From: Patescibacteria group bacterium
GTDB taxonomy: Bacteria; Patescibacteriota; SICC01
DNA: 64,000 nt
NCBI GenBank assembly: GCA_040902515.1
Contig: JBBDXB010000006.1
Coordinates: 574,017-638,016, forward strand
Reading direction: 5' to 3'
Shown here: one piece after another, positions 59,341 to 64,000 of the stretch
Position numbering within the stretch: the stretch's first letter is position 1
Layout of the letters: every line of letters begins with the position of its first letter
The notes under the pieces: model-generated
What the model saw: only the letters and a program-made list of their open reading frames with translations
The model's database searches: none
What the model was told of the DNA's origin: nothing
Position numbers and translations under genes: made by a program

Positions 59341-59386
59341 CACCCCCTGACTCTTGTCCTTACGGACGTTAGTGAGTCAGGGGGTG
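59341..59386. repeat. 46-bp structured repeat, copy 2
   Basis: CACCCCCTGACTCTTGTCCTTACGGACGTTAGTGAGTCAGGGGGTG followed by TTTT. Confidence 0.9.
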
Positions 59387-59407
59387 TTTTCGAGGTACGA
59401 TAGGTCC

Positions 59408-59935
59408 ATGGCAACTAACCGGAGTCCCTGGCAGCGCATCACCGGCTGGTACGACCGCCACTACCAGCTCGCGGTCACCGTTTCGGCGGCATTGTTCCTG
59501 ACCCAGCTCGTGCACCTCTACTGGCTGACGGCGCACGTGGTCGCGTTCCGGCTGGTCGAGCAGAGCTACTGGAGTTTGGCGCCGATCTGGCAAACCGCGC
59601 TTTCCGCCGCCGATTATCTGGAGATTCCCGCGCTGGTCGCCACCAGCATTCTCTACGTGATGATCCTGCGCCGCCGTTTCTCGTGGATACGGCTCCTGAT
59701 CCTGATCGGCATCAACCTGCAGTGGCTCCACATCGCCTGGATCACCGACGAGTTCGTGGTGTCGAGTCTCGGGGTCGGCGAGGAGGGGACGGCCCACTGG
59801 CCGGTCTGGCTGGCCTGGGCCGCGATCGTGATCGACTACCTGGAGCTGCCAGCGATTTTCGACACGACGCGGGAGTCCATCCGGCAGTTCCGGAAACGGG
59901 GCCTGCGCGGCTTGCGCGAGGCGTTGAAGGAATAA
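59408..59935 (+). CDS. Multi-pass membrane hypothetical protein
   Basis: About four hydrophobic segments with internal duplication (QxxHxxWxT...DYLExPA twice). Confidence 0.8.
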   Translation: MATNRSPWQRITGWYDRHYQLAVTVSAALFLTQLVHLYWLTAHVVAFRLVEQSYWSLAPIWQTALSAADYLEIPALVATSILYVMILRRRFSWIRLLILIGINLQWLHIAWITDEFVVSSLGVGEEGTAHWPVWLAWAAIVIDYLELPAIFDTTRESIRQFRKRGLRGLREALKE

Positions 59936-59956
59936 GTCACCGGCATGGCGACGTGT

Positions 59957-60077
59957 TTGATAATTATTGTGGTTGTGGTACTTTTAGTGGTTCCTTAACA
60001 GTTGCTGACAGGTAAGCGGCCGTAGCGCCAAGGGTGTGATATCTCATTCCCGTGGCGCTGCGGCTAGCAGAGCGTGG
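59957..60077 (+). ncRNA. Promoter + conserved structured leader RNA, copy B
   Basis: TTGATA-16-TACTTT, GTTCCTTAACA, GCGGCCGTAGCG...CGCTGCGGCTAGCAGAGCGTGG. Confidence 0.7.
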
Positions 60078-60144
60078 CAGATAAGCCCTAGGCCTGGATG
60101 CCGTTTAGTCCAGGTAGGGGGACATCGCTACAAGGAGGTACCAC

Positions 60145-60804
60145 ATGGCTCGCCGTAAGGCAGAGTTCGTCGGAGCGGCCGGGACGGTCCTTGAGATCAT
60201 CAAGGCACTTTCCCAGGCGGTGCTCGACAGCGGGGGTTCGGAGGAGGACCTACGCCGGATCATCAGGGAGGAGCCGCTGCGTAACCGGATCGCCGGAATG
60301 CTGGTCGATTGGTCAAGCTCCCGGTACCTGGTCACGGTGGATTATCGCCGTGACTTGGGGCACCTCGCTCCCGACGGTTACGCGGGCTGGGCGGGCTTCT
60401 GGTCCGACTGGACCGCGCTGGACGGCAGTCCGGTGCATCAGGAGAACAAGGTAGTCATCACCGATGTCGTGCTGGTAAAGCTCGAGCTTTCCGACGATGA
60501 TCGCGATGACTTCGACCGACCCAGGCCTGATACTGCGAAGGTGCTCAAGCAGCTCGACCGGCAGGGCTTGCGCCCCGCCAACATGGCGGAGTTGTTCGCG
60601 TTCCTCAAGGAGTATTCCGACGTGCTGGAGAAGGGTCCGTTCGAGGGCGCCGTTGCACTGGGAGCGACTCGGAATGGGGATGTTGCCCTGTTCTGGGACA
60701 AAGCGTCCCCCGATGGTCATGGTTACTTCGATGGCGTTCGCCCTGATGATGCCCACTGGCCCGAGCACGTCGGCTTCCTCGCCGTTCCCGTCGAGCAGTC
60801 CTAG
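60145..60804 (+). CDS. Hypothetical protein, paralog B of 51498-52145
   Basis: MARRK...GAAG...AVLDSGGSEEDLRR; YLVTVDY; GLRPANMAELFAF; W....GFLAV; SD AAGGAGGT. Confidence 0.8.
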   Translation: MARRKAEFVGAAGTVLEIIKALSQAVLDSGGSEEDLRRIIREEPLRNRIAGMLVDWSSSRYLVTVDYRRDLGHLAPDGYAGWAGFWSDWTALDGSPVHQENKVVITDVVLVKLELSDDDRDDFDRPRPDTAKVLKQLDRQGLRPANMAELFAFLKEYSDVLEKGPFEGAVALGATRNGDVALFWDKASPDGHGYFDGVRPDDAHWPEHVGFLAVPVEQS

Positions 60805-60849
60805 TAGCTACGATGCCGATCGCTGTATCAAAGGAGGTGAAACAGTTTG

Positions 60850-60963
60850 ATGACCGGAGCCTACGGTCCCGACTCGCAAGATGACGCCTCGCCCCTATCG
60901 GGAGCCGTCGTGGTCGGGATCATCATCGGAATCATCGTGATCGTCTGGATCGTCACCGGCTGA
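60850..60963 (+). CDS. Small single-TM protein (37 aa)
   Basis: MTGAYGPDSQDDASPLSGAVVVGIIIGIIVIVWIVTG*; strong SD AAAGGAGGTGA. Confidence 0.65.
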   Translation: MTGAYGPDSQDDASPLSGAVVVGIIIGIIVIVWIVTG

Positions 60964-61156
60964 CCCACGATGTCCGCACGGACGTACATAACTTCACGCG
61001 CTTGGATTCGTCCACCAAGACTGACTCGAAAGAGACCCAGACCCAGCGTGAAGTGCCCCACTGAGCCGATCAGTCACTGGTCGTTTCGGCAAGGCAGTAA
61101 GCGCCGACAGCCGTCGGTTACCAAAGCGGTGACCGGCGCCGTAGAATGAGGCAGTC

Positions 61157-61825
61157 ATGGCAACTCGCCGCGCACCCCGCTTTGAACGATTCATCGAATC
61201 GAAGCCGATCCTCTTCCTGCTGAGCGTCTTCAACTGGCCCCGGCGGACGATCCGGCGGCTCTACGCCTGGGTCGTGGGATGGGCGGAAGGCCGCCAGGCG
61301 CAACGCGCCCTCGGCGGTATCGCGTTCGCGGAAAGCTCGTTTTTCCCGATTCCGCCGGATCCGCTCCTGATCGCGATGACCACGGCAAAGCCCCGTCGCT
61401 ACCTCCGGTTCGCCACCATCTGCACGGTGGCCAGCGTCATCGGCGGTATCTTCGGGTACCTGATCGGCGTGCTCGCGTTCGAGGCGGTCGGGCAGCCGAT
61501 CATCGACACCTACCACCTCCAGGAGGACTTCGACGCGCTCGGCCAGCGGTACGCCGACAACGCGGCCGTGGCGATCTTCGCCGCCGCCTTCAGTCCGATC
61601 CCGTACAAGCTGATCACCATCTCCGCCGGCGCGTTCCACATCAACTTCCTGCTGTTCCTACTCGTCTCGATCCTCGGCCGGGGCGGTCGCTTCTTCCTCG
61701 TCGCCGCGCTGATGCACCACTTCGGCAAGCGCTACAAGGACACGATCGAAAAGTACATCGACCTACTGTCATTGGCGTTCGTGCTGCTCCTGGTCCTCGG
61801 CGTGCTGGCGGTAAAGCTGCTGTAA
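61157..61825 (+). CDS. YqaA/DedA-family membrane protein
   Basis: FAESSFFPIPPD, SPIPYK, GRGGRF. Confidence 0.9.
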   Translation: MATRRAPRFERFIESKPILFLLSVFNWPRRTIRRLYAWVVGWAEGRQAQRALGGIAFAESSFFPIPPDPLLIAMTTAKPRRYLRFATICTVASVIGGIFGYLIGVLAFEAVGQPIIDTYHLQEDFDALGQRYADNAAVAIFAAAFSPIPYKLITISAGAFHINFLLFLLVSILGRGGRFFLVAALMHHFGKRYKDTIEKYIDLLSLAFVLLLVLGVLAVKLL

Positions 61826-61871
61826 ACGGCGGGCGTTGAGCCCTTTCAGGCATCAGGTAATCTGAAACCGG

Positions 61872-62906
61872 ATGGTCGAAACAAAAATCATACTCGACGT
61901 ACTGATCGCACTCCTCGGAGTCGCCGGACTGGGCATCGCCTGGTACATCCGCTCCCGCAAAAAGGCACACCGCCACCTCGCGTGCCCGATCGGCGGACGC
62001 TGCGACCAGGTAGTCACCAGCCGCTACTCCCGCTTTCTCGGCATCCCCGTGGAATTACTGGGAATCGGCTACTACGGCACTATTACCCTGAGTTACCTCG
62101 GCTTCGCCCTGTTCAATCACACTCCGGCCAGCTTCTTCATCTTCGCGGTGGTGGTCCTGAGCACGGCGGCGATTCTCTTCTCGGCCTACCTGACGGCCAT
62201 CCAAGTGTTTACGCTGCGCCAGTTCTGCACCTGGTGCCTTGCCTCGGCAGGGATCTGCGTCGGAATCTTCGGGCTTTCCGTATGGAATTCCGGGCATCAG
62301 CTCACCGGCCTGCTGGCTCAGTACGAACCGATCGTCCGGCCGCTGCACCTGCTGGGATTCGGACTGGGTATCGGCGCGGCGACTTCATCCGACGTCTTCT
62401 TCGGCCGCTTTCTCAAGAACTACCGGCTGAGCCCGCGAGAGTCGCACATCCTTCATTACTTCTCGCAGATCATCTGGTTCGCGCTGGGTATCATCGTGAT
62501 CTCGGGGTTGGCGCTGTACCTGCCGCAGGCCGAGTACTTGCATGATTCGGGAAAGTTCCTGGCGAAGATGACGGTCGCCGGCGTGCTGGTCACTAACGGC
62601 GTGCTGCTCTCGATCTACCTGCAACCGAGGCTGTCGGAGATTTTCTTCGGCGGTCATTCCGAACGCGACCCGCGGTCGATCCTGCGCCTGCGCCGGCTGG
62701 CCTTCGCCGGGGGAGCGATCTCCGCGACCTCCTGGTATTCCGCGTTCGTGCTCGGTGCCGCCCGGTCGCTCCCGTGGTCGTACGAGACCCTCGTCGGGAT
62801 ATACCTGCTCGTGCTCGTGGCGGCAATCACCGCGAGCCAGGTCGTCGAGCGCGTCTATACGCGTCGTGCACCCAGCCATATCCATGTATCTCACATCACC
62901 GACTGA
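61872..62906 (+). CDS. VKOR-family protein fused to an additional multi-TM domain
   Basis: CPIGGRCDQVVTSRYSRFLGIP, FCTWC; second domain HLLGFGLGIG...KFLAKM. Confidence 0.85.
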   Translation: MVETKIILDVLIALLGVAGLGIAWYIRSRKKAHRHLACPIGGRCDQVVTSRYSRFLGIPVELLGIGYYGTITLSYLGFALFNHTPASFFIFAVVVLSTAAILFSAYLTAIQVFTLRQFCTWCLASAGICVGIFGLSVWNSGHQLTGLLAQYEPIVRPLHLLGFGLGIGAATSSDVFFGRFLKNYRLSPRESHILHYFSQIIWFALGIIVISGLALYLPQAEYLHDSGKFLAKMTVAGVLVTNGVLLSIYLQPRLSEIFFGGHSERDPRSILRLRRLAFAGGAISATSWYSAFVLGAARSLPWSYETLVGIYLLVLVAAITASQVVERVYTRRAPSHIHVSHITD

Positions 62907-62945
62907 TCGGACGGACCTGGCAGCCGGCCGCATGGCTGGCACCGA

Positions 62946-64000
62946 TCAGTTGCTGCTACGCGACATCTCGGTCCAGAACCCGGCCGTCGAGTCGTACACC
63001 AGGGTCAGCGTATCCTGGGAGTCGGCCGCGAAGTCGCCGGCCAGGCGCAGGTTGCCCGTCCCGTCCTTGACGGTGACCGTGGTGTTGAAGCGATAGACGA
63101 CGACCTGGCCGCCGGCTCCGGCGCCGATGTCGTTGATCGTGGCCACGCCGGCATCGACCCTGACCATCACGGTCGTGGGTGCCGGCATCGGATCGGCGGC
63201 GGCCGTCGAGGTAATACTCGCGGTCTTGGCCGGCGTCGCCGCGCCGTTCGCGATGTCCGCGGAGGTGATGGATCCGTCTACGATTGACCCCGCATTTACG
63301 CTGGCCGTGGTGATGATGCCGGAAGGGCTAATCACGAACTGGTCCGTTCCATTGTTCTGCACGACCAGCAGGTTCCCCGAGAAGAACGTGTTCGCGGTAT
63401 TGAGCACGAACGCGTCCCCGCCACTTGCCACCGTGGAGAAAATCTCACCGCTTACCGTGTCGACACCGAGCAGGGTGGTTCCCCCCGTGCTCTGCACCTG
63501 GAAAGCCGTCGCGGAGTCCGTCGTCGGCTTGATAGTCGTGTTGCCGTTGTCGATGATGATGTTCCCGGCCCCGGTACCGTTCTGTAGGATCAGTTGGGCA
63601 GATGCGCTGTTGGTGCGCAGCACGAAGTCGCCCGCGTTGGCGTCCGACGAGTACTGCCCCCCGGCACCCGGTACCCCAAGAAGGGCTTCGCTCGACGTGC
63701 GACCGATCTGGATGCTGCTGCGAGTCCCGGCATCGTCGCTCCGGACGTGGAACCCGTCGGCCGGAGTCGTGAACGTCGCGACGCCACTCGCGGAAACCTT
63801 GGTGACCGTACTTCCGCCGCTGTCGTACAGCTGGAGTATATCCGCGGATCCGTCTGTCCCTAGGTTGGTCCAGGCATTGTTTGCGGTGGTCTTCACCTGC
63901 ACGCCGGTGCCGTTGCTCACTTCCATGATCTCGCCGCCGCTCGCATCCTGGAACTTCACAGAGGCGTTCTGGGTATCCACGAGCAAGACCGCACTTCCGT
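62946..64000 (-). CDS. C-terminal part of a large Gly/Thr/Ser-rich beta-strand surface or tail-fibre-like protein (5' outside window)
   Basis: ORF appears to run to the window edge; repeats like TDSATAFQVQSTGGTTLLGVDT and GSIVDGSITSADIANG. Confidence 0.65.
   Translation of the reverse strand, partial: GSAVLLVDTQNASVKFQDASGGEIMEVSNGTGVQVKTTANNAWTNLGTDGSADILQLYDSGGSTVTKVSASGVATFTTPADGFHVRSDDAGTRSSIQIGRTSSEALLGVPGAGGQYSSDANAGDFVLRTNSASAQLILQNGTGAGNIIIDNGNTTIKPTTDSATAFQVQSTGGTTLLGVDTVSGEIFSTVASGGDAFVLNTANTFFSGNLLVVQNNGTDQFVISPSGIITTASVNAGSIVDGSITSADIANGAATPAKTASITSTAAADPMPAPTTVMVRVDAGVATINDIGAGAGGQVVVYRFNTTVTVKDGTGNLRLAGDFAADSQDTLTLVYDSTAGFWTEMSRSSN

Noticed and set aside
62946-64000. Prophage tail gene
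   Set aside because: No other phage genes nearby; gene is truncated by the window and fits a large cellular surface protein equally well.

Overview
A 64 kb GC-rich bacterial chromosomal window. Gene content and style suggest a high-GC Patescibacteria/CPR-type genome (inference). It is mostly housekeeping genes on the + strand: prfB with its programmed +1 frameshift, atpD-atpC-murA-mreB, gltX, scpAB, der, pth, mfd, dprA, topA, dnaX-dnaB, ybaB, recR, corA, cysS and typA, with lexA on the - strand. It also holds tRNA-Leu(CAA), tRNA-Gln(UUG), a sortase with an LPxTG substrate, a VirD4/TrwB-like ATPase and one complete IS1595-family element (8-bp TSD, passenger genes). The most unusual signals: (1) two dispersed paralogous modules (51.3-52.2 kb and 59.96-60.8 kb), each with promoter, boxA-like motif, conserved long RNA hairpin leader and a protein; the first protein ends like a diversity-generating-retroelement (DGR) variable region, yet no RT or template repeat was seen here. 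(2) A DnaJ + vWA divergent gene pair bracketed by two 46-bp structured direct repeats. (3) An unannotated ~108-nt minus-strand structured RNA after dnaB. (4) A candidate LexA operator GTAKAC-N4-GTATAC at both the lexA and dnaX upstream regions, and a 50-aa membrane ORF behind lexA. (5) Apparent leaderless architecture for many core genes, versus a shared TTAACAAYCCG leader motif on accessory genes. All family calls are from motif recognition by eye; no database searches were run.
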